The translations under genes and the position numbers were made by a program. 64,000 bases of DNA from Octopus sinensis (taxonomy: Eukaryota), in the NCBI RefSeq assembly GCF_006345805.1, contig NC_043000.1:54870001-54934000 (forward strand), given 5' to 3'. The notes under the pieces were generated by a model that worked only from the letters and a program-made list of their open reading frames with translations, was not told the origin of the DNA and ran no database searches. The stretch's first letter is position 1. The number at the start of each line of letters is the position of its first letter. Below are positions 14,314 to 28,408 of the stretch, in pieces.

Positions 14314-14791
14314 TAGATAGATAGATAGATATATACATACAAACATACATGCATACATATATATACACACTCATACGACACATGTGTGCACAAACGCATG
14401 CGCGCACACTTGCACCCAGAGTCGCACACACGCACACACAGTGACAGATATGTGTGGGCGTATGCATGTATGCTAAGTGTATATGTATGTAGGAATACAC
14501 TGCTATATCTTTGTTAGGTCAACACTGCTCCGTTGTGTGAAATGTCTGCATTGGAAATTGAATGAAGAGTAAAATGGTAATTAGATAACGTTTTGTGCCA
14601 AACCTCACAAATTGTTTCTACTATGCTACAAGAACAAGTAATTTTCTCCACTTAGTTTTATCTCTTGTCTTCTAATGGCCAAAAATATTACTATAAAATC
14701 ATCAATAAATTAACACTACAGTTCTAATTTTATAAAATTGCTTGTTGTTGAAATCAGATTTACATTGTCTTGAAGTATGTATATATATATA

Positions 14792-15972
14792 CAGGGGTTG
14801 GACAAAATAATGGAAACACATTTAAATTTCAAACAAATTTATTTTAATATGGGGTAGGACCGCGTTTGGCAGTATTTAAGGCTTGAATTCTACGAGGTAA
14901 AGACTCGTACACAGTTTGAATTGTATCCAAAGGAATTTTTGTTCATTCTTCGGCTAAAACTCTCTCCACTTCTTACAGTGATGATGGTGGAGTATATTGA
15001 CTCCTTACTTGTTTTTCTAAAATGCACCATAAATGTTCAATGATACTGAGATCTGGGGACTGTGGTGGCCAGATAAGATGTTCAACGTCACTAGAATGTT
15101 CCTGTGCCATTCAGTAACAACTTTACCGGTGTGAATTGGTGCATTATTATCCTGAAAAATTGCATTTCCCCCTGGAAACAGTTCCGCAAAGATAGGATGA
15201 ATTTGATCAGAAAAATGCTTAAATATTCCTGACTATTAATTCTGCCATGAAGGGAAACTATTGGACCGGCGGGTTTCCAAGATATAGCCCACCACCCCCA
15301 TCCGGATTATTACAGATGCTCCTCCTTGTTTAAAAGTTGGAAGAAGAAAGTCAGCCGATGGTCAGAAATAAGGTACAGGATGACTCGTCCGAGACAATAA
15401 CATTCTTCCACTGCTCTAGGAACCAATTCTGTGTTTTTACTCCACTCTAAAAGCTTTGTAACGCTTGTTTTTCAAAGTAGAGGTTTTCTGATTGCAGCCC
15501 TTCAGCGAAATCCGGCTTGTGCAACTCCCGGCGAACAGTTTTTGTGGAAACTGAGTTCTCGGGGTGGTCATTACGCTCTGCAGTAATCTTGTGATCCTTT
15601 CTAACAATTTGAGTAAGAGTCCGACGTTCCGTATCTAAAAGCTTTGACTTTCTTCCGAAGTTTTGTTTCAACGAGGTGGTTTTTCCCTCGTTCTCAAAGG
15701 CTGTCATTATTTCTTGATACACCAAATATGATACAGTACTTCTTGATACACTAAACACATTGAAAGTCCGATAGATCTGTCAGTTTAATGAATTTTAATT
15801 ATCTTTCTCTGGTGATATCTGAAAAGAGACAGCAATTTTAGCAAAACATATTCAGGATCACTAATAATCAACCAAAACACAGAAAAATAAAGAAGATTTT
15901 GACGGTTTTATAGATATTTCAAAATTACGATACTATGATAGTCGGTGTTTCCATTAATTTGTGCAACCCCTG
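14792..15972 (-). mobile_element. Tc1-like transposon copy 1 (inactivated)
   Basis: TIRs CAGGGGTTGGACAAAATAATGGAAACAC / GTGTTTCCATTAATTTGTGCAACCCCTG, left end preceded by TA. Transposase remnants VSRSTVS...GRKSKL...VSTKTVRRELHK and FQDNNAPIH...WPPQSPDLSIIEHLW. Confidence 0.92.
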
Positions 15973-15998
15973 TGTACATATATATATATATATATATA

Positions 15999-16773
15999 CT
16001 AGCAGTATTGCACGGCACGTGCGCTCGTGCGTTCTATGCACGCGCGAATTAAGCTAAACTTGGATGAATTTCAATCAAAATTCAATTATTTTGGTTCTAA
16101 AATCAAGCATTTAATGCCCTCTATTTTTGCGCTTATGTGTTCCATTTCCTCAATACGAATTACGTAGAAGCGTTTCATAAATTTTCTCAACGGGGATTTC
16201 AGGGGTGAGTTTCGGGGAGTCGCGGGCGATGTACCGTGATGATCAAGAATCCGGCCTGCTAAATTTGGTTAAAGTAATTCAAACTGCAGAATGGTCACAT
16301 TTCATTCAAAGCGATAAAAATGTTATGAAAACAATTAGTATGTGTGCACAAAGTCCAAACGATTAATACGAAAAAATTCTCCAGGCTACATCCCGAAAAT
16401 TCATTTCTTTGCCGAAATTCTACAATGTTTACAGCGATTCGTTTTTATATCTTGATTTTTTTTATTTTTCATCCAATTTACGCATGTTTGCACGCGTAGT
16501 GAACACAGTTCACGTCAAACAGCTGACTGAGTAAAGTTCACTATTCAATGCATGGGATAAGGCCTAAGCAAACACATTATCGATTTTTGCACTTGCGAGA
16601 TGAATTTCGGAACAGAAATAGCGCAGTTCAATTTTCATTCGCCTAAACTCTAAGTGACCAATTTTTGGTGGTTCTACGATTTGTTGGCTAGGAGGAGATG
16701 TGCCGGGAAGTTAAACACGCAGACACAAACACAGATACACACACAGGCACACAAGTTGAGTTATATATATAGA
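15999..16773 (-). mobile_element. Complete non-autonomous Helitron (775 bp)
   Basis: Minus strand begins TCTATATATATAACTCAAC (16773) and ends GCACG-AGCGCA-CGTGC hairpin, 12 nt, CTAG (15999). Inserted between A and T with no TSD. No ORF. Confidence 0.8.
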
Positions 16774-17877
16774 TATGTATGTATATAAACATGCACATAT
16801 ATATATATACTATTCATACATACATACATAAACTCACATATATACATACACATATATATTACATAAAATTTTATGAATATTTACATATGTATATTTTATA
16901 TGTATGTATGTACGCATGCATGTATGTATGTGTGGAGCGCACAATCCGATGATGCTATGAATCTCTAATCACGCTTTCTACCTCACATCGTTTTACATTC
17001 CAAATGAGCCTACTTCAATGAGAAGGCGATTAGGCCAACGGTTAACCTGAATAGTACAATAGTATAACCATCTATCAAATGCGTACCCATTTAAAGCTGA
17101 GTGAATTGGAGGAACGTAAAACAAGGTGTTTTGCTCAAGAACTCAACGTATAGCCGGCCTGAAACTCGAAATGACGATCTTGGGATCATGCATGAGACAC
17201 CATTCAGCCACGTACTTTCACGGACATATAGACACACACACTTGCACGCACACACACACACACACACACACACCACACACACATATATATGTATATATAT
17301 ATACGGTTGCGTGTGTATGTGCATGAATCTCTAAGCGATATACATGAGAATGTACGTACATAAGCAATTCATATGTTACATTTCGTCGATAAAACAGGAA
17401 GACATATTAAAATTCATTATGTAAATTGCATTGTTTCTTTAATATATTCTACAATAACCGATCTGCAAGCTAGTAGATTTTTAAGCATTTCGAGATTATA
17501 TTATCTGTCTTAGAGCAGGTTAATCCTACTATGTTAGTTTATGCCATAATTAACAAGTTCTAAATTGAAATTCCATGAATAATCCGTTTTAAACTGTTGT
17601 ATCGGTTCGGTTTTATTTCATATGCGTCAGAATTTGTTGTTACGTCGGGCTACTACAAGTATTCTTTTGTTTTCAGTCTGTCTCTTTTCTATTTTTGTTG
17701 TAATTTTGTTGTATTTTTGTTATTCTTTATTCCGGCGGTTGTTTGTTCTCTAATAGCTTAATATATGCTTTACATTACAGTTTATTAATGCTTAATTCCT
17801 TACTAAATCCTGTTTTACCAAACTTACATTCTGCCAATTAGGGCATTGGCTCCGCAAGTGTCGTGGTGGTGTTGGTG

Positions 17878-18203
17878 GTATTCTTCTTCTTCTTCTTCTT
17901 CTTCTTCTTCTTCTTCTTCTTCTACAACTACTACTACTACTACTACTTATTTCTTTATTGCCCACAAGGGGCTAAACATAGAGGGGACAAACAAGGACAA
18001 ACAAGGACAGACATAGGTATTAAGTCGATTACATCGATTCCAGTGCGTAACTGGTACTTATTTAATCGACCCCGAAAGGATGAAAGGCAAAGTCGACCTA
18101 TGCGGAATTTGAACTCACAACGTAACGGCAGACGAGATACCGCAAAACATTTCGCCCGGCGTGCTAACGTTTCTGCCAGCTCGTCGCCTTACTACTACTA
18201 CTG

Positions 18204-18247
<44 letters not shown>

Positions 18248-18254
18248 GCTGCTG

Positions 18255-18309
<55 letters not shown>

Positions 18310-18310
18310 A
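17878..18310. repeat. (TTC)n and (TAC)n/(TGC)n trinucleotide tracts flanking a SINE
   Basis: Read directly. These tracts generate the poly-F/Y/T ORFs at 17863 and 18161. Confidence 0.9.
17948..18189 (-). mobile_element. Full-length tRNA-derived SINE (same family as 33035 and 63184)
   Basis: Reverse complement reads GGCGACGAGCTGGCAGAAACGTTAGCACGCCGGGCG...GAGTTCAAATTCCGC...GTCGACTTTGCCTTTCATCCTTTCGGGGTCG...AAAGAAATA, with A-box and B-box-like motifs. Confidence 0.88.
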
Positions 18311-19494
18311 CCTTACTCTTGCTTGCTTGTTTTCTTCTTTTTCTGTTTCTTTTTATTCATGTGCTAGTATTACAGGTGTCAGTGGTCATAACCCTCTACC
18401 CCTTCGTATCACACAGTTTGTCGTACTAGAAATTACTGTAGCACGCTGGTAAACCCATTCAGTATATTTTCCCGACTTCATGTTTCTTTCTGTATTCCTG
18501 GTTTTACAAACTACTTCATACTTTTCGCTTAACGTGTTTCATGAAATTTCCCTGACTCATTATATTGTTAATTAACTATTTTCTTTATTCCTTGGTCTAA
18601 GACCTCGAAGTTTGTCGCTTTATCTGTACATGACAATTTCAGCATTCGTCCAAATAATGGGATTTTCTTTCTTCCTTTTCCTCCTTCATTCTTTCTTTTT
18701 TCTTTCTTTTCACAAATTAAATTTAAATATCGAAGTTCATCTAACGGTTTTTGTGTGTTTCTTAAATGGCTTATAAACACCTTCCACGCTGCAATTGTTT
18801 TCGTTCCAGCACACGATCTCAGATCAGGTCACTTGCTATGCAAATAGATCTCCATAATTTCTTTTTTTTCATATATTTCCATTCACGTAACTTTGAGTGT
18901 GGAGCTCGGTATATGCCCAAGGACACTCTTTAACTCGCCCTTATTGTTAGCCATGTAGCAGCAACCTATCGTATCATCGATTTTGATTTTTCTTTTTTAG
19001 TAAGTTCTGAAAATACGGTTTACAAATCCTTAAATCTATAAAATTATTTCAGAGTCCTCCGTTAATATTTATGTTGCTAGAAGGCTGTGTCATTAAGTAC
19101 CGGAATATGTTTATTCTACTTTTAATTTATTTTCTATTTATCTTTTATTTATTTATTTGCTATGAATATCAAACCAAATGATGAAACTATTACTCATTGT
19201 ATAAAATTGGAATGGCCAATACACATAATTGCCCTCTGTGTCTGTGTGTAGGTGTGCGCGCATGTTGTGAGTGTGCGTGACTGCTGCTTTGTAACTTTTA
19301 TTCAGTCCTAAATAAAGAATAAGCTAGGTAAATGCAGAATTTCACATTCATCGTCCATATATATTTTGAGTGTATTTACCAATAGTAAAATTCTGAAAAG
19401 ACTTATTTTAAGCCAAAAAGCAACGGATTTAGCCCACACCAGACTTTCAGTAATATGGAACAATTTAAAGCATAGATATTAGATAACAACAAAA

Positions 19495-19716
19495 AATGGC
19501 TGATTTCCCGATTCCACGGAGTATATATTGCCCACCTGCACGGGGCACCGGTCCGCCGCAGGATTACTCATTTTTGCCAGCTGAATGGACTGGAGCAACG
19601 CGAAGTGAATGAAGTGTTTTGATCAAGAACACAACACGTCGCTCGGTTGAGGAAACAAAACACAATTTTATGATAATGAGTCCAACATCCTAAGCACTAA
19701 GCCACGCGCCTCCACC
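19495..19716 (-). mobile_element. tRNA-derived SINE (second family)
   Basis: Minus strand GGTGGAGGCGCGTGGCTTAGTGCTTAGGATGTTGGACTC (A-box-like head)...GTGTTCTTGATCAAAACACTTCA...GCGGCGGACCGGTGCCCCGTGCAGGTGGG. The tail resembles that of 27085-27364. Confidence 0.75.
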
Positions 19717-20449
19717 TAGATATTAGATAGGTGCATGTGCTTTCAAAATATCTTTCCTCGGTTATGACAATACGATTGTATCACAAAGTTAAAGGAGAAG
19801 CGAAATTAATCTATATCATTTTAATATAAACATCCGTATTTCTCTTTACAAATGTGATACAAGTATAATTGATACCATTGCTATTCTGTCTGTGTAGTAT
19901 TAAAACATGTTCACAATACCTGATTTCACTTATCCATAAACATGGGGTTTTATGGAATTATTCTACTGTCTGTTCAGATTCTTTCTAATTCCATTTAAGA
20001 ATGCACAAATATAGATTAATGTATGAGGGAAAAGAATATTTTATTGTTTGCACTCATATTACTATAGATACCATGACAATATGGTACAACAAATCTTTGT
20101 GCAAGGTTACATTTCGTAATTATTATATCTACTAACGTAAGGAATTTAGTAATGGAAAGTAAATATAATTTTGAAAATGTCTTGAGAATATTTATATTAG
20201 AGTGGAAATCTATTGATACTGAGTTGGTATACTGTTGACAATTCACGTTAGAATGAAACTGTGCAGTCAAGTGTTCTGGTTCGCCTATGAGATAGTTATG
20301 TACCCTTTCAGAATAAATGACTGTGTTATACGGTTTAAGTCTTGTTTCAAGCAATATTTGTGCTTGTACCATATACACTTACAATTAGGGACGTCTACAT
20401 TTTTCCTATACAGTTTATATTGCACCCAGCTGCCCACATACATTATTGG

Positions 20450-20533
<84 letters not shown>

Positions 20534-20639
20534 TATATATATATAATAGAATAGAAAAGAATAGAAGATAAATAAAATATAGATATATAATATGCATATA
20601 TACACACATACGTATACATACCTACATATAGATGTATAT

Positions 20640-20880
20640 ATACATGCATATATGGGTAGAGGACGTCAAAAATACGTGAACAAAATGAGAAACGAGGACA
20701 TAAAAAACAAAAGCATGGAAAACGAACGTTTTACGAACAACGAAAGAAACAAGTATAGAAGCGAGATAGGCAACATAAAGAACATTCCCTTCATCAGTTG
20801 TCCCCTGTTTTATCTACTCTACGTTTCGAAGGTAGGGACAAGACGGACAAGCGAGACTCATCAAAACCTTTTGTGCCATA
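20640..20880. repeat. Unclassified interspersed repeat, possibly a Penelope-type terminal repeat fragment
   Basis: Strand-biased A-rich block with partial ribozyme-like motifs (TGATGA, CGAAACGTA on the minus strand) that do not fold into a complete hammerhead. Confidence 0.3.
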
Positions 20881-20894
20881 TCAGAGACGACAGT

Positions 20895-21476
20895 GTGTAG
20901 CCTTTTCTTATTTGAGAGAGGAATTGTTACTGGTCAACATTACCTGGAGATGCTGATCAATCGGAGGTTTCCACAACTAGCTGCTGCCTACCTTTTCCGG
21001 CAAATGGTACTCCACTGCACTGGCATCTTTCCGTCAACAGAGTTCCTACTGAACACTTACCAAAGAGATGGATTGGTCGTACTGTACGAGATGATCAGGC
21101 GTCCTGTAAGTAACCTGAGAAGTCATCGGCCCTAATTGTTTGTGACTTCTTACTTGGGGTTACGTGAAAAACACAGTTTGCGTACCACCACTAAGTATAA
21201 CCCTGGAGGAGCTGAAAATTTCCATCACTGAAGCATTGCTCAGGATATACTGCTGAGCATCTGAACCGAACCGAAGTTAGGTGGCTAGGTGTGATGTGGT
21301 TGCAGAAATAGTCTAACATCTATGAGTGGTACATTGAGTACCTTCATTGCTACCATCCACCACATGAAAGTGAATGAAATCCTGCGTCTGAAGCTACTAA
21401 CTGTGAAAAATAATTACAATAAATTTACATGTTATATCTGTTTGAAATCAGGGAGTGTTTTTGTGGACACCCTGTG
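20895..21476 (+). mobile_element. Tc1/mariner rosa (DD41D)-related transposon, 3' half
   Basis: Peptide remnant IVTGQHYLEML...FRQ[D]GTPLHWH...HLPKRWIGRTVRDDQ...CDF..GYVK, with about 46 residues between the 2nd and 3rd Asp. Right TIR ...GGGAGTGTTTTTGTGGACACCCTG. Confidence 0.75.
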
Positions 21477-21648
21477 TATAGACATGATGCAGTGAATAAA
21501 CTGTCGTCTAAATATAGCAAACAGTGTGCAAGCACGAAATTAATAACATATAGTGGTGACAATTTACCTATTGCACGTTGAATATCACATGCGTTATATG
21601 TATATATATATATATTTATACGCAGGCACATATATGTATGAATATATA

Positions 21649-21718
<70 letters not shown>

Positions 21719-22001
21719 TATATGTATATATATATTATATATATAATATATGAATATATATATATATTTATATACATATACATATATATGTATATTATAT
21801 ATGTATGTATGTATAATAGAAAATTTAGACAATACGTATAGATTAGGGTGTTTAAATTTTGAGTAGAGCGCCGGCACACTTGTTGTCATCCGTAGTTGTG
21901 GAACACTTCCGTTGGACTTTCTTCAGGAACTTTGCAGTGGCAATTCTAGTAATACTATTATTAATAGTAGGTGATGGATTTCGCATTAGAATTTTATTAG
22001 G

Positions 22002-22046
22002 TACACGATATGTTTCGACCTATCTGTCTGGGTCTCTTCAGGTATA
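22002..22046 (-). ncRNA. Minimal type I hammerhead ribozyme motif
   Basis: Minus strand TATAC-CTGAAGA-GACC-cagacagata-GGTC-GAAA-CATA-TC-GTGTA. Complete CUGANGA/GAAA/UH core, 4-bp stem II, 5-bp stem I with one G-U, predicted cut after C22007, AATAAA just downstream. Confidence 0.72.
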
Positions 22047-22532
22047 TTGATAAAGAAGTATCACTAGAGACTTATTCGAGAAAGAATAAAAGTTTTAAAA
22101 AGTATTATAGAAACGCAAGAAATACAAATATGAACGCGGAAAACATTCGGTCCAGTTTAGAGAAAATGACATAATCAGCTTTGGCTGTCATAACTGCTTA
22201 GAGAAAAACGAAAGTAGACGGTGAACGAAAGATTAATACTTAAACAAATATAATCGTGTTCGTGCATATGCACACACACATATTCTTACATAAACGTACA
22301 TATACACATATATATACCTACATAAATATATATATATATATACACCTACAGACATACACACACATACACACACATATATATATATATACATATATACATA
22401 CACAAACACACACGTGCACATGCATATATGGACATACATATATACAAAAACACCCTTATGGGTCGAAAAGTATGTTGTACCTAATAAAAGTCTAATACTT
22501 AATCCATCTCCTACTATTAATTAATACTATGT

Positions 22533-22594
<62 letters not shown>

Positions 22595-22596
22595 TT

Positions 22597-22684
<88 letters not shown>

Positions 22685-22877
22685 GCTACATCTGTTGTAA
22701 GTGAATCTGTAGGAAATGATATGCTTTCATGTATTTCAACCATTTATTGACCAATTTTCACTATATACTATTGGTATATTTGTGAAATTCCACGGAGGCT
22801 AGCGGCTTTTGCTTTTGCATATATTAATCTTTCCTCCGTGTCAGTAAATATTCATGCAAGTATCCATCTGTATATAC

Positions 22878-22965
<88 letters not shown>

Positions 22966-24099
22966 GAGGAGAGGAAGAGGAGAGAGAGCGAGGGAGAGAG
23001 ACAGATAGATATACATTGATACACACGAATATGTGTGTGTGTATGTATATATATATATATATATATATCTCGCAATATCACTACTACATGTTTCATTCTT
23101 TCTGCCACAGCACATACTCAATAAATAATATCACACTATTTGCCTTTTGTTATTTCGTATATTTTACTTACAGTCCTAGAATCTAACGAATAAATTATTT
23201 TATTTTTGCTTATTTTACATTTTCTCATATAATTGGATGTTGCTTTCGTCCGAGAATAATGCATTGTCACGGAACGTTTTTTTATTTCTTTGTTTTTTTG
23301 TTCTCTTGACTCTTCGTGCATTCCGTTTAAGTGATAAAGGCTACCTTTTACGATTAAGATAGGATATGCCTTCGATGTGTGAAGGCATAACAATTGTGTT
23401 TCCTTAAGCCTAAGAATGTTTTCGAAGAAGAGAATGTTGAAGTCGACGCCTCACGTTAATGCATATACAAATATATATTAAAAGAAATACTTTTTTTAGT
23501 GATACACGAAATGGGAGGGCAGAGGGTTTTTTCATAGGTTACACGCTTATGAAAAGATTCTTACAGTTATTAACGAACGACAAAATAGTCCTGCAGTGTA
23601 CGTCACGTTCTTACATTATCTTTGTTTAATTACTTGTAACTACCTACCTCTAACCAGCTTCAGAAAGTACGTTCACCCCTGTTAATATTCTTTACTCTTG
23701 TATAGTGTAGTGTGATTAATAAAAGACATTGGTATGTGACTGGACTTGTAAATGCTCCATGTACTGGAATAAACTTGCTTTTAACTACCTGGTAAACTGA
23801 TAAAATGAGATATCTGCAGGTGGTGATTGATGTCAAAATCTTATCTTTTCTTTATTGCTGACGAGCGTTTTGTTGAGTGTAGATTATGTTGGAATGGCAA
23901 GATGTTACATATTTACATGTATAACTTAAAAAAGTTTCATTTGTTTGCAGTATCTTTTGAACAGTTTATCATTTAGATCTATTTATTTGTGAATGAAGAA
24001 ATATGTAAATTTCTTAGGACACGACAAACAAGGGTTTCATTATTGAGAACGCAATAAGCACTTTTTTTGAAAAGCAAAAGATTTGACACAAGATTTGAA

Positions 24100-24620
24100 G
24101 GAGATATTCACTGATTTCTTGGAAGTATTTGAACCGGTAATGGAGAATGAAACAAGGGCTTTCTACTTTGAACCGGAAACGAAGGCCCAAATCATGAATT
24201 TGCATCACACCTCTCCCCCTAAGGCTAGGAATGTCAGAAACGTATGCTTTTTGGATGACAAGAGAATAAATGTCTATGATTGTCTACACCGTGTCCGCAT
24301 TGATAAGAGCGAGGGGTATATATTGAGATGCTTACAAGTCGTAGAGAAGGCATTGTGTAAAAGATTTCGAACAAGAATTTGTAAATGATACACATTTACC
24401 TTGAAGACAAAAGACCACACACATCTTTGGCAACAATTCTAGCAATAAGCAAACTAAGCTGGTCAGTAATACCGCACCTACTGTAGAACTTGGAACTGGC
24501 CTTCCACATGTTCAAATGTTGGTTTGCTGATTTGGCGCAGAATTTTGCAAAGAAAATTCAAGTGTTAGGTTCAACAAAGGCGTAATTTATCATTACGCCT
24601 TTCAACGACCTATACCAGTC
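24100..24620 (+). mobile_element. Degraded mariner transposase fragment
   Basis: ORF 24083-24388 contains ENETRAFYFEPETKAQ...HHTSPPKA...VCFLD, a decayed form of mariner DETWxxxYxPETKxQS. Confidence 0.6.
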
Positions 24621-27084
24621 AATAAATTTCAACGACCTATACCAATCAATAAAAACGTTATGCCCACTTTTTCATTATATAACTCAACTAGTATAATAAT
24701 CCACTTCTTACATCAGCATATGAGATAATAATGAATAAAAAAAAGTTCTTGATTTTATTTCTAGTTGCTTAAGTTATCATAGCTTGAGTAATGACAGAAA
24801 ATATAATGAAAACAATTGTCAGATTTTAGCGTGAAGTTAAATAGAGTAAACTTCACAGTTTTAAAAACATGGATATACAAGATAAAAGTAAGGAGTTGCT
24901 TGATCGTCTAAAGACAGATACCGACATTTCAGTTAGGTCAATCACTATCAGCTTACAGAATGGACATACACTTGATCAACCGAACTAGATAATCTGGAAA
25001 ACAAAACGGTTCTTCTATCTGGAACTTGAGAAACCGCACAGCGGTAGTATTGTTGGATCGTATATTTCCGAAGTGATGTATAAAATAAGCTAAGTTATAT
25101 ATTCATCAGTGATATACAATGAATGTATATGCATTATATTGTTCTTGTATAATTTACATTAACAGATTTTTAAGTCATTTTGACTTGCATGGGAGAGATA
25201 TGAAATTACTTGGAATGACACACACACAAACACATATACGCGCACGTATAACATAGATCTGTCCCTCTTGTGATATAGAAATTGTTGTGCGGTAAGTGTT
25301 CTTGAGAAACATCTCACTACATAAACAATGTATTCTAGATAACGTTAATTCATAAATGTAATTCATTTCAAATCATTCTTCCTTACATTCACCACACGGT
25401 AAGAGGTTTCCTTAATTAGCATGCACATTACATTAAATGCTACAGCAAATCTTCCGTAATAACTGGACAGTATTTTAGATGGAATGAATTTACAGAAATG
25501 TATTTTAGAATTTAAAGCCAAACGTAAGAGATGTTTGCTTATTCAGAGATAATTTCTTCACAACGAGTATTTAATAGATTTAAAACTTTTTCGAATACTG
25601 TATCAGCATTACCCCAATGGCATCGACATTACAGAGTAGTTAAATTCTAATACCTAAATTGATTTTACGTCAGAAAGGTAATTTATTTTGGAATCCTAAT
25701 TTTGTAACCTCACAAACAAATAGAACTGCTAATATAAATGTAAAAATTACATTCTCTCTCATTTCATTTAATTAATGATTAAGATTAACATTTTCACGAG
25801 TGTTGAGTAATTACAAGAAATAAATGTCTTAAAAGTGTATGTTATATATAATTAGCACATCACGAAACCATATATTTGAGATTTAAACTTATTGAGACTA
25901 TTTCCTGCCGATAAAGATCGTTTAAAAGTATCTGTCACCATTAACAAAGTATTTGAATACTTAATAGTCTTTTTCTTTGCAATCGATAAATTGTACGTGT
26001 ATTAGCGAAACAAGCTGAAATATAAGACCCTAGAGGATCATTGCTTTGCCAGCATTACCTGCACCAGACGCATAAAGCGAAATACACATTAACCACAGCA
26101 TAAAGATGTATGCATACGTGGTAAAGCTATTCGTACATATAGATATGTGAGAATATGCGTATTTGTTCTGAAATTAAAACTTTGCTGCACACGACTGAGA
26201 AGGAGAAACATTTTTCTTTTTTGTTAGGGTATAATTTTAACTTTGTTAAAGTTAATTTTGAGAAAGTGCAATTGGTAAGTATTTGTAATTTGCAAGAATA
26301 AGTCGTGAAATCTCCATTATACCACTGGAATGGTTTTGAGTGCATTTGTTTTCAGCCTTCAGTAATACGGAAGTTGTTGCTCATAAGTATTCACGTATCT
26401 ATTATATTTATGATTCGACCTTTGCATTTGGAGAGGGAGCCTAAATTAGAAGCAATAATTATAATTTTGATGTGTGATAGAAGTACTTACTTGTCCCTAT
26501 TTCGATTGTATTTACATTCACTTTTGTTATCATGGCTGAAGTGCTTGTAATTTGAAAAACCAAAATATCTTATGTGATAAGTTTTCTTGTAATGTATAAT
26601 ATATTTTTTTAATGGATTCCTTGCGTGTTATCTTTAGTTAGAGTTGCTTTTAAGAAGATATCAAGAGTTATTTCTTCTGAAAATAGTTTATGCTTTTCTT
26701 TTGTCATTCATCCAAAATATTAATTAATTCTACCTACTTAAAATAACCCTTACTGTCTTGTGTAAACTCAGTACCACATTCATGAATCGATCTCGATGTA
26801 TATCAGTAAAATACTTATATGGATTTGATAGAATGTGTTTAACTATATATGATTTATTAGGGCTTACTTGGGGCAAAATAAAGTGCTAAATTTTTCACAG
26901 AAAAATAATAATAAAATTCTACATCAAATGTTACTTCATCACTAATTCAATTCAGAAACGTAGGTTAGTCGACGTTGGTAATTTTCACAGTTTTATTCTA
27001 CATTAACACAGTTTATACGAATACACTGCAAAGATATATGCAATAAAGACAAATATCTGCAATTATTTGTTATATTTTCACTCT

Positions 27085-27364
27085 GTGAAGGCAGCGGACT
27101 CGCGGTCGAGTGATCGCGGGTTCGAATCTCAGACTGGGTGATATGTGTGTTTATGAGCGAAAAACCAAAGCTCCACGCGGCTCCGGCAGAAAGTAATGGC
27201 GAACTTCTGCTGACTCGTTCGCTATAACTTTCTCTCACTCTTTCCTCTTGCATCTTGCAGCTCACCTGCGATGGACCGGCGTCCCGTCCAGGTGGGGAAC
27301 CTATACGCCAAGGAAACCAGAAAACCGGCCCTATGAGCCAGGTATGGCTCGATAAGGAACAAAC
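27085..27364 (+). mobile_element. tRNA-derived SINE (third family)
   Basis: B-box GGGTTCGAATC at ~27118. Head shared with 31250, and the 3' part GCGATGGACCGGCGTCCCGTCCAGG...GAAACCAGAAAACCGGCCC is shared with 19495. Confidence 0.75.
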
Positions 27365-28352
27365 ATATTTTCACTCTATAATGGCTAATAATCTGACTCA
27401 TTACTTCCTCATTCAAAATGTATTCCTATATTTAATCATTAGATCCTGAGTCCAAATACATTGACCGATGAAATAATACATGAATGAGGGTCATTTCAAT
27501 ATTTGAAGTTCTCAGTGTGGAAATGGGTGACAGAAGAGTGTCTTTCAGAAATAAAAGCCAAAGAAGGGCAGAATTAAAATCTATCTTTCTAATATCTGAA
27601 GAAATTCCTACAATAAATATAACGCATGTTTCGAAATGTCACTAATTTTCGTCTGTCGAATAGGAAGGTAGGAACCAAATGTAGCATACACTCAATAATT
27701 ACTATATATAAGCTTTTGAACATAGAGTAAATCATTTACAATGAATTGAAAATCCTCTATATTACACACGCTTGCGCACTCCACCCCATACAGAGTAACA
27801 CGCAACTATATATTCACATATATACTTGAATATATTTGTACAATTATAAATGTTCTCAGCCTTCAAAGATAGTCCGATAACATAGGCTTAGATATCTCTA
27901 CAGTCGGTAGTCTAGTAAAATGCGTGCATTCATACACGAAGAGCATCAGAAAAATATATAAGCAAACAGTGAAATCATGATAAAAGACTCTATCGCTTTT
28001 ATACTGTTTCCCAACATTCCAATACGATACCTACCCATTGGAAGGTGAACTTCCTTTCATCAATGTATACATCAGTAGCAGCATATAGCTATATTATTTG
28101 TGAAATGATCAAAATTTCATTTCATCTCGATCTAAAAATTTTAACTTAGAAGCATTAATATGCATTTTTATGCATTACCTCGACAAACCGTTTGAGAACC
28201 TGAACTTATTCAAATTGGCTAAATTATTTCCGATGATGCACTTGTGCACACATTACTGCACAGTGACGCAGAAACGCACAGACGCTCATACAACTATATA
28301 TAAACATACACACGCAAGCATACACACACACACAGACACAGACACAGACACA

Positions 28353-28408
<56 letters not shown>

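Noticed and set aside
20780-20865. Hammerhead-like motifs on the minus strand (TGATGA, CGAAACGTA, CTGATGAAGGG)
   Set aside because: No arrangement gave both a paired stem I and a paired stem II.
23365-23389. 9-bp perfect hairpin TATGCCTTC/GAAGGCATA
   Set aside because: Short, with no intact ribozyme core around it, and plausible by chance.
24600-24655. Short local tandem duplications (also ~9975, ~11870, ~34480, ~61190)
   Set aside because: Two or three copies of 15-30 bp with no unique spacers. Ordinary slippage products, not CRISPR-like arrays.
27085-27130. tRNA-like A/B boxes here and at other SINE heads
   Set aside because: They continue into SINE bodies and do not form cloverleaves, so they are not tRNA genes.
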